Positions 26,156 to 38,958 of a DNA stretch of 64,000 bases are shown here, in pieces. The notes under the pieces were generated by a model. That model did not search any database, had not been told where the DNA came from, and worked only from the letters and a program-made list of their open reading frames with translations. Both the position numbers and the translations under genes were made by a program. Position 1 is the first letter of the stretch. The number at the start of each line of letters is the position of its first letter. This stretch comes from Octopus vulgaris (taxonomy: Eukaryota), in NCBI GenBank assembly GCA_951406725.2, contig OX597817.1:29078001-29142000 (forward strand), given 5' to 3'.

Positions 26156-27089
26156 CACACACACACTCACATACATACAGGCATGCAATGTGTACTAAAT
26201 GTATCCTACAAGCCTAGATTCATCTTTATAACTTGGAAGAAAGTCAAATTGAATTACATGTCCTTTTATATCCATACATATTTAATGAGAATTCTGCTAC
26301 TGTTGTGTGAAAAAGACTTTTTTTCTTTTTTTTTTTTCTAATGCCGTTGCAGTAATGGTATTTACCCCTTTTGGGTTTTTCTTTCAACACAATATATTTA
26401 TAAGTAAATATCTTACCTGAAATATTTAACAAAAATCATTTTTTTTTTCCTTCTTAATATGACTCCAAAAACTGTTTTAAAAGCCAAGTTTCTATTCTAT
26501 TAATTGTTTTTGGCAAAAACGAAAATGGTAAACCCATTGACAATGCTCTTGTGACATTCCCATATATTTTCTTCAGGCTACTAGACTTTGTTAAAGGGCA
26601 GAAAAAAAAGAAAGATGAATTCAAATCTGAGGTCATTTCAAAAAGAAATGTGTGGCTGTCAAACACTATGGAATCTATGTTGTTTTTTTTTAGAACAAAC
26701 TAATAAAATGCTCACTTTTGGTGAATGTATACATCTTCTGTTCATATAATTTAAGGTTCTTACACTATAGTAAACAATTGAATAATATATCCTGGTTGCT
26801 TGGCATTAACCACTGGTTTTTACCACATCTACAGAATTACACACTATTATGTTACACAGAAATAAGTGATGAAGCTTTGAAAAACTAAATTTGAAAATTA
26901 GTTGAGTATACAAATAGTTTATAGTTGACTACTTTAAACTGTAAATACATGCACAAACACACATACTTCCATGCCTCCATCTATCCACTCATAAATTATA
27001 CATTTCTTTGTACTGTGGTGTTTATTGAATTAAACTTCTGAAGCTGTAGTGGATATAGTTCATTTCTAATGTTTATTAGATTTAATTTT

Positions 27090-27480
27090 TGTGTAGCTAA
27101 GAAGTTTGCTCTGTGACCTCTTGGTCTTGAGTCCTGTATCGTTGCATGGCAACATAAGCAAACATCTGTTGCCTAGAGCTGACCAATGCCTTGTAGGTGA
27201 AGTTGACAGATGAAAATTACATAAAAGTTCATCTTGTGTGTATGTATGTTTGCATGAATGTTGTCCATCTTGCTTCTCATATGCAATCATCTGAGGGAAA
27301 AAATGGTGAGCACTGCCTCTCATAGCTTTCTAGTCCAGAAGTAGAAGAATAAAAACTACTTTGTGAAAGAGAAATGGATTGGTGACAAGAAGAATATCTG
27401 GTCTGGCTGTAAAAATACTGCCTCAAAATAAATACTCATCTGACTAATACCAGCACAGAAAAATGATGGTAAAATGAGTG
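27090..27480 (+). mobile_element. old SINE with a family-A-like head and an RTE-like tail
   Basis: GACCAATGCCTTGTAGGTGAAGTTGACAGATGAAAATT matches family A; GGATTGGTGACAAGAAGAATATCTGG..CAGCACAGAAAAATGATGGTAAAATG resembles the RTE tail. Confidence 0.5.
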
Positions 27481-27595
27481 AATGAATTTGTGACATATAT
27501 GTTCAAGTAGACTTTTAGCTATCTTTAGATTTCTTATAATTCAGCTCCAAGTAGACCTCGATCAGATATATTTTTTTCCTGTAAAGTATATCCCC

Positions 27596-28210
27596 ATCAT
27601 CATCTTTTAATGTCCGTTGTTCATACTGGCATGAGTTAGACTGTTTGACCAGGGCTGGCAAGCTGAGGAGGTACACCAGACTCCAGTCTTATTTGGTATG
27701 GTTTCTATGGATGCCCTTCTTAACATCAACCACTGTGCTAGGTGCTTTTACATGGCACTGCAAAGTTGCTTTTACATGGTGCCACTCGAGTGCTTTTACA
27801 TGGCACCACACAGGCACATTTATGTGGCACTGCACAGGCACATTTATGTGGAACTGTATGGGCATTTTTACATTGCACCACATGGGTGTTTTTACGTGAC
27901 ACTACCACAAGTCCTTTACACCACCAGAAGGATCGGTCTTAACACTTCTGCTGTGGAGTACAGTTCTTCTTGAGAATGACTTGGCACCAGGCATCTCGGT
28001 CCTTTATCATCTTGCCTGAAAGGTTCAGCATCCTGAGGTCACTCTTCAATACCTCATCCCATGTCTTCCTGGGTCTCCTGCTTCCACATGTCTCATCTAG
28101 TTTGAGAGGTCAGCAATCTTTTAAGAAGCTGTCAGCATCCATCCGCATCACATTACCAAACCAGCACAGTCTTCTCTCTTGCACACAGCAACCAATTCTG
28201 CTTATGCCTA
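27596..28210 (-). mobile_element. RTE LINE 3' end (ORF2 C-terminus, 3' UTR and tail)
   Basis: Minus strand VQERRLCWFGNVMRMDADS...CGSRRPRKTWDEVLKSDLRMLNL, then a UTR with a 24-bp repeat and the (GAT)n tail. Confidence 0.9.
27741..27905. repeat. 24-bp minisatellite (~7 units) in the RTE 3' UTR
   Basis: Units such as GCTTTTACATGGCACTGCAAAGTT and ACATTTATGTGGCACTGCACAGGC recur at period 24. Confidence 0.85.
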
Positions 28211-29064
28211 ACTATCCATTGCTTTTATTTTAAGGTGAAAAGGTGTGATTTGAGGGATATTTGGTTGCTATTTTTAGAAGATCAAGGAGTTGTATAAAAT
28301 CTAACTCATTGGTTCACCTTCAAGGTTTTTATTCAATGCAATGAACATTTGTCATGTTTTATAATTATAGAAACATTTATTTAGCCCACACATGAGTATT
28401 ATAAATAAAATCAATTACTTGACTTTTATGACCTAAGTTAGCCAACAATGTATCACAAGTACTATTGACTTTGACAAACAAGGAAGGAGGGGTTGCAGTA
28501 TTGATGCCTTTTACAAAGACATTAATGCTGTAAGTGAAATAGCTTGAAGCAAAATGAAGTAGCTGTGACAGTTCTCTTGCTAAATTGCAATCAATATATA
28601 TGCATGCATGTAGTGTGTATGTGTATGCATGAACATATATTCTGTGTGTGTGTGAATATCTCTATTTGCTGTATGTATTTACAACTTTCCAAAGTCTTGT
28701 AAAATTCATTAGAATTAGGAACTTTCAGAGTTTAGATTCCTTCTGTAACAGTAAAATTTTTGAAAAGAAATAGGTATTATTTTCCCATTAGTTGGGTTTT
28801 TGCCTTAAAATCTAATCATCTACTTTTGGTGGATTTTGGACTTGTTATTTTTGTGTCAGGAGTGTTTTTACCTTTGCCATTAAACTTTTATGCATTTGCT
28901 TCTATGAGCTGTAATCAGTCTACACATCCAAAAATGATACCCACCCAACCAGCTACTTAATGCATTCTTTGATGGGACATCTATGAATTTTGCTATGTTT
29001 GTGCAAGGAACAAGATCAAGTGTTTTACAGAATACTATCTTTCACCGATTTTAAATATATTCAG

Positions 29065-29222
29065 CATTATGATCGTCATTACCACCACTAATTCCACCAT
29101 CATTATCGTCACCACCAACACCTCCATCATAATCATCATCACCACTATCATCATCATCATCATCACCACCATCGTCATCATCATCATCACCACCATCGTC
29201 ATCACTGCTATAGTCATTACTG
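29065..29222. repeat. imperfect (CAT/CAC)n trinucleotide tract
   Basis: ATC/ACC/GTC triplets over about 150 bp. Confidence 0.9.
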
Positions 29223-29674
29223 AGCTATTGATTTTTAGCATTTTGCATACTAATATGATTTAAGCAATTATTGGCCTCCCACTGGCTTCTTTGTAAAATT
29301 CAGTTATCCTGATTTGAGGTGTGTCATTTCCATTATGTTTTGTTTTTTTAACTTTGACGTGGATGGCATTAAATATCAAACTGGTGCCGTATAGTTTTCA
29401 TTTTCCCTTATCTCTGGATTTCTCTCATCAAAATCTCTCTAAACAGCCAATTATATTCCATTTTTAACCTTTTGAAAGTGGATCTAAAAACATTTTTACG
29501 CGAATCACTTCTTTTAATGTTTCTAATCATATGAATTATGTAAATTCTTCTTAGTTCCTTGTAATATGTTTTATTTCTGTAAAATACTCTAATATATTCA
29601 ATATAGAACAAAAACTGATTAATTATTGTTAATTCAATCAAGAATGGTACAAGTAGCATTCAAATAGTTTACCT

Positions 29675-30085
29675 GGAGGCCTCTACACGTTCGCTCAACC
29701 TGCTAGAAATAACAACAAATTCCATTTTCACATAGACTATCAATTTAAAAAGGAAAGGACTCATCAGACATTTTATCCTAGATATGGAAAAAGAAATAAG
29801 ATGGGCATGACTGGATTGCATTTAATGATAGGCTTGTAGAATTCGAACTAATCTAGAGCTAGACAGCAGCAAGTTGATTTTGAATGCTCCAGTCATGAAG
29901 CTTGTATTCAGCCACTTGATCTGCTAGAATTAGCAGCCAAATAACAAACTACTATGTTCAAAAGAGAAGGATATCTTAGACAACGTGGTTGTTGGTGTAT
30001 AAAAATGACCAGATGATTACAGCTGCAATATCTCCAGCATTAGATTTACCCAATCAGGGTTGATTTGGAACTAAACAAGAACAAC
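29675..30085 (+). mobile_element. two tandem copies of an ancient short interspersed repeat
   Basis: CTGCTAGAAATAACAACAAAT and CTGCTAGAATTAGCAGCCAAAT..AAAAG..AGGA..; reverse-complement relatives near 900, 14400, 18070, 28250, 46060 and 46860. Confidence 0.55.
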
Positions 30086-30399
30086 TTAGTTTTGAAATTA
30101 ATTAACTCCCTATGCATCAGAGTATAGTGGAGAAGTTTTTTAAAAATACATATTTACAAATTATCTGTAGGATATTGATACCTATTATGATTCTATAAAT
30201 CCACTCGAAGTTAGCAGGAATAATTAATTTTGCATGAATTTACATAGAAATTTCTTTCTTTTTAATGTTAGAAAATGCATCAACTTTTAATGAATACTAA
30301 CCCCACCACAAAGTTTAGGTTAAATTTACAATAGTATACAGCTCCATACATGGGATGATATGCTGTTACATATACAGATACAAAAGGAACCAAGTGGGG

Positions 30400-30790
30400 T
30401 TTTTTGGGGGACTGTGGGTACATTTCCTCATCCCTACCTCCAATCACTTGATTGGTATGAAGTCACTCACCAACACACTCCAGTCTCTGGCCTATAGATG
30501 TGCTGTTTCTTCCCTCTGTCTTCTCTACCACTGCTACTGTAGCTTCTGCTACTAGGAGTCAGATGGATTCTTGCCACATCTGCTTAACTGCTCATGACCC
30601 ACTCATCTCTCTTTTGCTACCCATATTATGTGTCTACTCCCAAGCACAAAGTAACTGCATCAGCAACTCTTTTCTCCTCAGAAATTCCCATCCTACCCAT
30701 GTATTTCCTGCAGCCATCAGCTTGTAACTATTCAAAAGGAACATAAACTTCATCAGTTTCACTGGCCTCAGAGAGCCTTCAGTGACCATT
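30400..30790 (+). mobile_element. CR1/Zenon-type LINE ORF2 C-terminal remnant
   Basis: LTNTLQSLAYRCAVSSLCLLYHCYCSFCY*E (cf. L..L.HRR.VA.L.LFYRY..G.CS.EL), then SNSFLLR..HVFPAAISL*LFKRNIN. Confidence 0.7.
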
Positions 30791-30871
30791 GTCGCAATTC
30801 CTTCCTTCAGACCAAACCAATAAAAAAAATCAAAATGTAGAAGGTCATTTGATAACATGCAAATATAATTA

Positions 30872-31221
30872 AAAGGTAAAGGGTAAAGACCCCCTTCGGT
30901 CATGAATGACCATGGGATTGCACCTAGAAAGTTACCCTCCTAGACACAAGTCCAGGCAAGGTTGTTTATGGAAGGCCAGCAGTCGCCCATGCATACCAGC
31001 CTCCCCTCTCCATGCCACCAGTGTTATCCAAGGGAAAGACAAAGGTCGATACAGCTTGGCACCTGTGACGTTGCAACTCATTTCTACAGCTGAGTGAACT
31101 GGAGCAACGTGAAATAAAGTGTTTTGCTCAAGAACACAACACGCAGCCCGATCCGGGATTCAAGCTCACAACCTCACGATCGTAAGCTCGACGCTCTAAC
31201 CACTGAGCCATACGCCTTCAC
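30872..31221 (-). mobile_element. young tRNA-headed SINE with a 14-bp TSD
   Basis: Minus head GTGAAGGCGTATGGCTCAGTGGTTAGAGCG..TTGAATCCCGG; central GTGTTCTTGAGCAAAACACTTTA..GCTCCAGTTCACTCAGCTG; TSD TGCAAATATAATTA at 30858-30871 and 31222-31235. Confidence 0.95.
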
Positions 31222-32114
31222 TGCAAATATAATTATTACTAATGAAATAACCATAGTTTATATTATGGGCTCTGACTGATTATTTAGTATATTACACTAA
31301 TAATATAAAATATTATATAACCTTGTAATTGGCCATTTACATTATTTTTGCAAATGCTGTTTTGTTGAGAAGCTTATCAAGTATTTACAAATAAATGCAA
31401 GCTAGGATTTAGGAGTCACTGCACTTTGATGTATAAAATGCAGTAAAATAGTTTCTATTTGTGCCAATTAGAAAACCTATTTTGTGATGTAAGGAAGATA
31501 CAGTCCTGCATAATCACAGCAACATTGTTAGACAAAAGCAATTCTAAGAAGAATATTAAGCAGCTAAAATATCTGTTTCTCATACTAATATAACGAACTG
31601 CAAATCTTCACAAACTCAACAGAGAAATTGTAATTGACTGCACTGAAAAATGGAAAAAGAACACTAATTTATTGGACTATAATTGACCAAAAAATCGGTA
31701 ACCCTAATTTGAAATCATAATTTTAGTCAAGGGCTTTCAACCATAAAAATATAGTTTAAATTTTTTCTTTTCACTATCTTCCTTATTTCTTTTTGTTCTC
31801 ACAAAGTAATAAAACTTAAAATTTTGGTTCATATTTTTCATCCAAAAATTAAAAATATATATATATACACACATACATATATATATATTTCTTTACTCTC
31901 ATAAATTCAAAGTAAAGATATTAAACATAAATTTTGGTCTATCACTTTCAAGAATTTATCGACTGCATTCATTACTCTTTTAACAGTTTTTCATATATGT
32001 GCATGTGCATATGTACACTGAGCATGTAGGCTATGCATAAGAAAACATCTGAAGCCATATATTTATATATATATACACACAGTCTTGCAAATATTTCTGA
32101 GTACTCTACGCATA

Positions 32115-32158
<44 letters not shown>

Positions 32159-32623
32159 CATACTTGGATACATAATAGATTTGTGCACAAAGTACTTAAT
32201 TTGCACATGAACAGCTTTCATGATTTTATTTTTCTGAATCATTCATTGCTGCCTACACTTTTATCCTAATGAAGTTAAGAAACATTAAAGGAAGTGAAAA
32301 TTAAAGAGTGTTCAGAAAGAAAAACCGTATTTTCTTTAACCCAATTTTTTTTTCCCTTTCTATTTCCATCTTTTTTTATTCTTTCATATATATTCTTTAT
32401 TCTAAAATAAAAATATACACCAAAGGTATTATGTCGAATAATTTCTTGAAATAGAAAACTTGGTAGCAACTATTTGTTATTTCATATTTTTGTTCCTCAA
32501 TACCACCAAACATGGGATTAAAAAAAAGTTTATGCCTATAACTTTTATACTTTGAACTGAATTTAAAAAAAAACAAAACATGGTACAAGACTTCAAGGCT
32601 CAAAACATTTCATACACCCCTCG

Positions 32624-32669
<46 letters not shown>

Positions 32670-32988
32670 TATATATGGGTGGATTTCTGTATATTCTTTT
32701 TTATACACACACACAGACACACATACACACACACATTATAAAACATTTTCTTCTCAAGAAAGTATTGTTCAATTTTGAAGTTGTTCTTTGCCTGCATGGT
32801 TAAGTAATTATTTTTACCGAAATGGACTGATGTACATGCATATATGATTTATTTAATGTCAGTACATTTGGATTACCATAAGTGTGTATCCTTTTTGACA
32901 ATAGATGTACACAGAAGTGAGTCAGGTATTTTACAAGGTGGAATTCTGCTTTACGCATGGTATATTAACCCCTCATTACTTCTTTAAT

Positions 32989-33420
32989 TTTTGGAATTTT
33001 AAGAAAAGTTTTGCAAATTTGTTTTCTACACATGGGAATTCATACAAAGTAAAAGCAAAAAAGAATTTATTTGAGTGGTATTTAGCTCTTATTTTTTGCA
33101 CATTTCATGACCGTCTCATACCATCCTTGTTTGTTGTCACTGATGCATTGATGTTTTTCAATATCTTTCTCCTCATAAACACATTTAATGGTCTATTGCT
33201 GAGATTTAAGTCAAAAAAATTCGGACTTTCTGTATTTTCAATTATCATCATCATCATCGTTTAATGATGATATTTAAAACTGTGATTTTTAAAAAACATA
33301 TTTTTCTTAATATTTTTTTAAATTCATCAAAATTTTTTTAATGTTTCTTTTTTTTGCATAGTCATATGAATTCCCATGTGTAGAACACAAATTCACAAAA
33401 ATTTTCAGAAAATTCCAAAA
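32989..33420. repeat. ~60-bp inverted repeats about 310 bp apart (MITE-like)
   Basis: TTTTGGAATTTT..AAATTTGTTTTCTACACATGGGAATTCATA (32989-33044) versus TATGAATTCCCATGTGTAGAACACAAATT..AAAATTCCAAAA (33365-33420). Confidence 0.8.
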
Positions 33421-34146
33421 TAAGAACGATATATAAAATTTCGCCTTTTACAACTCAGTAACTTGTTTGCATCTAAGTTTACAAGACTGAATTAATGTAC
33501 TCTCTTTCGATAGTATCAAATATTCATTTTTAAAGCAGAAAGAAGTTCTGGGCTAAATTTTTTAATCTTGTGGTGACATGTATGACTCCTCAGAAATGTT
33601 TGTCTGTGTGTCTCTTCAACATTGTTTACCCCCATTTTTGTTTTCCTCCTAACTTCAATTAAATAGGTTATTAAAATTGAGTCAGTTCTTATATACTGTT
33701 ACTGTTTACCTAACTGGGTTGAGAGACTGTCATATTCATACCTGTATACATATATGTACGCACACACATACACATGCAGATTATAAACATATTATGATAT
33801 GTCTATTTTTCATGCTGGTATGGATTGAATGAGTTGCTACAGTTGTAGTCTTCACATACTTGGTGGTTTTAATGGACAGGTCAAAGGTCCAGATATTGTT
33901 TGCATCTTATTTTGGCTAGGTTTGTATCTATCTGTGAATGTGAGTTGGCATATAAATAACATTGATGTATTTCATTCAACAGGTTGTGGTTGTAGGGTTG
34001 GTACGGTTATATTCAGTTTACTGCAAAGTAACAAAATGACAAAAAAGTCAAAATATCACAGTACCAAAAAAACCCAAATAACAGTCAATATGAAGCTTTG
34101 TTTTCTGGTTAAAATCTTATTCCTTAACTGGGAGTGTTGTTGTGTT

Positions 34147-34367
34147 CTTTCGTTACCAACCCGGCTAAAACCGGCTCTGGCTCTGAGTACAAATGTCTTG
34201 TTTTCATAAGTTTTGAATTAAAATCTTCCACCAAACCTTAGTAACAATTTATGTTCCTAACAATAGCTGAATGATAACTAAGTTATATTACTAAATTCTT
34301 TGTTATATTTAAAGTAACTGAAAGAAACACAGAGCATCTAAAAAAGATACAGTAATGAAAGGGTTAA
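34147..34367. mobile_element. piggyBac-like MITE (left end eroded)
   Basis: CTTTCGTTACCAACCC at left and CAGTAATGAAAGGG-TTAA at right; same TIR type as the piggyBac at 42154. Confidence 0.75.
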
Positions 34368-34572
34368 ACCTTTAGCATTTAAAGCAGCCAAATATTCTAC
34401 CTGTTCTATATTCTAAATAAACAGATAGAGCCTCTCACACTGATCTACAATGTCATTCTAAAACTAAGCTATCACATCATCAAATTCTTGAATCTACAAG
34501 CTGATTAATTCAAAACAAAGTGAATTAATAAGCATTATATTTGATATAGTAATCTGAAAGGTAAAGGGTTAA
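34364..34572. mobile_element. second TTAA MITE abutting the first
   Basis: TTAA-ACCTTTAGCATTT ... GAAAGGTAAAGGG-TTAA; shares the TTAA at 34364-34367. Confidence 0.7.
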
Positions 34573-34655
34573 ACAGGGTACTTTTGTTTCCTCAATAGTG
34601 AACTGGATAAAATGGGAAAATGGATACATTAAGAATTGTGATTGTGGAAATGTGT

Positions 34656-35049
34656 GCAATAGGAGTGGCTGTGTGGTAAGTAGCTTGCTTACCAACCACA
34701 TGGTTCCGGGTTCAGTCCCACTGCGTGGCATCTTGGGCAAGTGTCTTCTGCTATAGCCCCGGGCTGACCAATGCCTTGTGAGTGGATTTGGTAGACGGAA
34801 ACTGAAAGAAGCCCGTCGTATGTATGTATATATATGTATGTGTGTGTTTGTGTGTCTGTGTTTGTCCCCCTAGCATTGCTTGACAACCGATGCTGGTGTG
34901 TTTACGTCCCTGTCACTTAGCGGTTCGGCAAAAGAGACCAATAGAATAAGTACTGGGCTTACAAAGAATAAGTCCCGGGGTCGATTTGCTCGACTAAAGG
35001 CAGTGCTCCAGCATGGCCGCAGTCAAATGACTGAAACAAGTAAAAGAAT
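34656..35049 (+). mobile_element. SINE family A, young full-length copy
   Basis: AGGAGTGGCTGTGTGGTAAG..GGGTTCAGTCCC..CAGTCAAATGACTGAAACAAGTAAAAGA; CpG-rich. Confidence 0.95.
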
Positions 35050-35179
35050 ATCTGGAAGATAAAGATATTTAACCTTGGTTCATCACGTCTCACTGATAAC
35101 ACAATGTCCCATTTGTATTTAAGTCTCCCAAAAATAAGATTGCTTTTTTTGAAATGTTTAAAATATATTGTTAGATATA

Positions 35180-35508
35180 GGCATAGGAGTGGCTGTGTGG
35201 TAAGTAGCTTGTTTACAAACCAAAGCCCTGCGAGTGGATTTGGTAGACAGAAACTAAAAGAAGCCCGTTGATATATATTTATGTGTATATGTATACATTT
35301 ATGTGTCTGTGTTTGTCCCCCCAACATCGCTTGACAACAGATTTTGGTGTGTTTACATCCCCGTAACTTAGTGGTTCGGCAAAAGAGACTGATAGAATAA
35401 GTACTAGGCTTACAAAGAATAAGTCCTGGGATTGATTTGCTCGACTAAAGGCAGTGTTCCAGCATGGCCATAGTTAAAATGACTGAAACAAGTAAAAGAG
35501 TAAAGAGT
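35180..35508 (+). mobile_element. SINE family A with a ~70-bp internal deletion
   Basis: GTAGCTTGTTTACAAACCA joins directly to AAGCCCTGCGAGTGGATTTGG; the rest matches the 34656 copy. Confidence 0.93.
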
Positions 35509-35843
35509 ATACTATTTTTAAGAAAAATTAATACTCCTCTAAGTATTCAATGCCTCCCATAACACTCTTTTGGCTTTTGTCATGTCTTTCTCTGCTCCAA
35601 ATTTTCAAATAATGTTCTCATATAAGTACATGAGTAGCATTTCAGCTATTCTGCTATATTATAATATGTATTTCTATGTATGGGAAAATTTTCATAATTT
35701 GATCACAAGCATTAAAATATGGGTCTTTGACACTTCTATATACTTGTTGAGTATATGTTAAAATGTTTATGAGTATATTAGCCACAGTAAGTAATGTCTG
35801 TGTTAGGCATTTCCCTTTGACAAAAATCAAAAGAGCAGATGCT

Positions 35844-35940
35844 TTAACCCTTTCGTTACTATATTTCTGACCAAAATACACCCCTTATGTGTTTCAATTA
35901 ATTTCTAACATAATCATTAATTTAGTCTGGTTTCATTAAC
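35844..35940. mobile_element. solo terminus of the piggyBac family found at 42154
   Basis: TTAACCCTTTCGTTACTATATTTCTGACCAAAATACACCCCTTATG aligns with 42154-42250 for about 95 bp. Confidence 0.8.
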
Positions 35941-36365
35941 ATTGTCAGATAAAAACTAAGCATCAAGTGGTAATAAATCATAGTGGCAATGTAAGTATTT
36001 TACACCTCTACTTAACCCCCTCAGAACAGTTTTCCCTCAGCTTACATGTTGATGACATTTGTCACCTTACCCATAATAAATTTGTCCAATTTCCTATCCT
36101 TCTGAGTTGCTGACCCAAAGCAACCCCCAAGCATCTTAACAGTACTTTCATTTCATTAACACATGATGCTGGAAAGCACAGAATTGTCAGACCAGGTGCT
36201 TGAGCTGCAAGCCCACTTCACTTTCAAAGGCTTATCTGCTTCCACCTTTACACCGTACATCATGACACTGTGATACACGATCCCTATTGATCGTTTCTTT
36301 TTTCCTCTCCCCCTTTTTTCCTCTTTTTTCATTTTTCTTTTCTTTTCTCTTTCTCTTTCTCTTTT

Positions 36366-36766
36366 CTCTTTTACTTGTTTCAGTCATTTGACTGCGGCCA
36401 TGCTGGAGCACCACCTTTAGTCGAGCAAATCGACCCCGGGACTTATTCTTTGTAAGCCCAGTACTTATTCTATCGGTCTCTTTTGCCGAACCGCTAAGTG
36501 ACGGGGACGTAAACACACCAGCATCGGTTGTCAAGCAATGCTAGGGGAACAAACACAGACACACAAACATATTCACACACACTTATACATATATACACAT
36601 ATACGACAGGCTTCTTTCAGTTTCCGTCTACCAAATCCACTCACAAGGCATTGGTCGGCCCGGGGCTATAGCAGAAGACACTTGCCCAAGATGCCACGCA
36701 GTGGGACCGAACCCGGAACCATGTGGTTGGTTAGCAAGCTACTTACCAAACAGCTACTCCTGCGCC
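36366..36766 (-). mobile_element. SINE family A, young full-length copy
   Basis: Close reverse complement of 34656-35049. Confidence 0.95.
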
Positions 36767-36789
36767 TTTGTTTCCTTTTTTTTTTCTTT

Positions 36790-36917
36790 TTTCCCTTTTA
36801 CGATCCCTTTTGATCGAAAACCTACGCCACTTTTTATTTTTTCATCCCCCAAGAGAAAAGCTCTACCTTGTAATTTGTCCCATCTGTGTGCAGCGCTGTG
36901 TGGCCAATAAAGAAACT
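36790..36917 (+). mobile_element. probable LINE (L1/Tx1-like) 3' terminus with a polyA signal
   Basis: TTGTAATTTGTCCCATCTGTGTG..TGTGGCCAATAAAGAAA; the CGATCCCT(A/T)TTGATCG motif lies on both sides of the SINE (36278 and 36801), suggesting the SINE landed inside this UTR. Confidence 0.45.
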
Positions 36918-37831
36918 TATATTGGTTCCAGTTGATCAAAACCTCACTGAATATGGCTTTATAACCCACTTTCTCTGCAATTTATTGCACAAAGTGGAGG
37001 TTTTCTTAGAAATACCTACCTACTGTCGTGAAAGTCTAAACACATACAAGTGCATAAACAATGAAATGCACCAATATCTTTTTTGAGTACCTTGACTAAA
37101 ATCTTAATAATAATACTAATAATAAAACAATGGATGTAATGAGATAAAAAGTATGAGTAGAAAGAACTGAGAATACGAATTTGCGAACAATTTATTTTAA
37201 ACTGGTGGCAAGATTTTCCACGAAATTTATATAAATTGAAATAACCATAATTTGTCAAAGTGGTAGTATTTTTCTGTCTTTTTTTCTGTTGTATACTAAC
37301 CTATTTATTTAATTTTATGGTGCTTTCTTCCTAAATATTACATTAGTAAACAAAGAAAAAGCATATCATGGCTTAAAAATTCTAAGTATAGGCAAGACTA
37401 TTTGTTGGTTACTTATTTGACTATCCTTTTCATTTTTTTTTGGGGGGGGGGGTTTGTTTTGTAACTTTTATATCTCAAAATATATAAATTTTGGTGAAGA
37501 TATAACTTTAGCCAGTTTTGTTTTTTTGTTTCCATTTTCTCTCTTCATTTGGAATTTCATGTGAAGGCAAAGAAAAAGAGGGAAAAATTGCCATAAATTT
37601 AAAGAAAAATGCCTAAGATGTAATATTTATTACTGTCAAAGCATTACATGAAGTTGTTCAGCTGAAACTCTATTTACAGATCATTTCTGTCAAAAACTTT
37701 GGTAAAATTTTGACATCCCATTAGAACATATTGATACATCTCATATTTTTCCAACCAAATAATTTGTCATAGAGGAAGAACAATTATTGAGTATTATTAT
37801 TATTATTATTATTATTAATGATGTTATTATT

Positions 37832-38085
37832 CAGTAGTCTTAGTTCAGCCTTTGTGTGCCTTTGGTATTTGCAATTTTTGTTTTAGCTTTGTTTGCTGTT
37901 TTATTGAAAGTGATCTACATCTGTGCAGTGCCTAGTGTTTGCTATTTTCCTTTTGTTGTGCACAATTTTGATTGGGTATTTACCTACATATTTTAATCAT
38001 TCCTAAAGCATCTATTACTAAAGGGTTGGTTTCTATTTTTAGTACCTATACTTTGTTTATCTCTGATTCCAGATTATTTTTCCAT
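37832..38085 (-). mobile_element. R4/Dong-type retroelement 3' fragment 1
   Basis: Minus strand NLESEINKV*VLKIETNPLVIDALGMIK and ..LGTAQ; its 3' end abuts the (TAT)n tract at 37793-37831. Confidence 0.6.
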
Positions 38086-38399
38086 TTCCTTTAGAGAAAC
38101 TTTACACTGGATAGCTTTTTTTTTGTGTCTAGTACCTGGACTATTTCAACAAATTCTTAAGTGATTTTGCTTGCTAAATTCAAAAATAACTTCAGTATTC
38201 CTCTATCTGGTCTAGTTTTCTGACTAGACCTGATAGAGTATTTTACTCATACAAGAGGCATATAATACAAATCAATAAAGAGAGCATAACACAAAACAAA
38301 ACAAAATATAAATAAAAATTCAAAATTGAAAATGCAAATTGGAATCAGTGGCACCAACTAACACACTCTCTTCCAAATTGCTAACCTTATGCCTAAATT

Positions 38400-38958
38400 A
38401 GAAACATTCTGTTGTCATTGCTTTTGTACTTTCTGTTTTATATCCTGTTGGGCCAGGCCTAAACTATAGGCCTCAAGTATCACCTGATTTCTCTATAGCA
38501 TTCGCTGAGTTTGTAAGCTGTTCCAAGTAGTACAATCTTCTGAACTGTACCGATATTGATGTTGACCTGAGTATGGTTGGTAAACTTTTCCATTCTTTTC
38601 TTCATGGGTCTTAGTGTTCCAATGATTACTGGTATTGTTTCAGTCATCAAGTTCCACATCCTGTTGATTTGAATTGCCAGATCCTTGTACTTAGTCAGCT
38701 TCTCTGTAACTTTCCTTGAAATGATTTTTTTTTCAGGAGGTATTGCAGTGTCGATAAGTATACCCCTCCTGCTCTGGTCTTTCATAATGATGTCAGGCCT
38801 TGTTTGCTTTCATCTCTGTCACTGTGGATCTGCATATCACAAAGGATGGTTACATCATTGTTCATACAACATCTGAGTTGTTCTGATTTTACAATTTCTT
38901 CATATTTTCTAGCCTTTTTATACCTTTGGATGTATTCAGTCTTTACTAGTAAGCTGGC
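38400..38958 (-). mobile_element. R4/Dong-type retroelement 3' fragment 2 (REL endonuclease)
   Basis: ORF 38480-38785: ILIDTAIP..EKLTKYKDLAIQINRMWN..TIPVIIGTL..VQKIVLLGTAYKL; RPDIIMKD immediately upstream. Confidence 0.88.

Noticed and set aside
27741-27905. Regular 24-bp repeats resembling a CRISPR array
   Set aside because: Units are contiguous with no unique spacers, they lie in an RTE 3' UTR, the context is eukaryotic and there are no cas genes.
29035-29263. Met/Val-rich and Ile/Thr-rich ORFs
   Set aside because: Translations of a (CAT/CAC)n tract; the poly-Tyr (18950) and LS-repeat (19899) ORFs are likewise microsatellite artefacts.
34525-36910. Recurrent ORFs MPRSGTEPGTMWLV.. and MTTDAGVFTS..
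   Set aside because: Chance frames in family A SINE copies, not a gene family.
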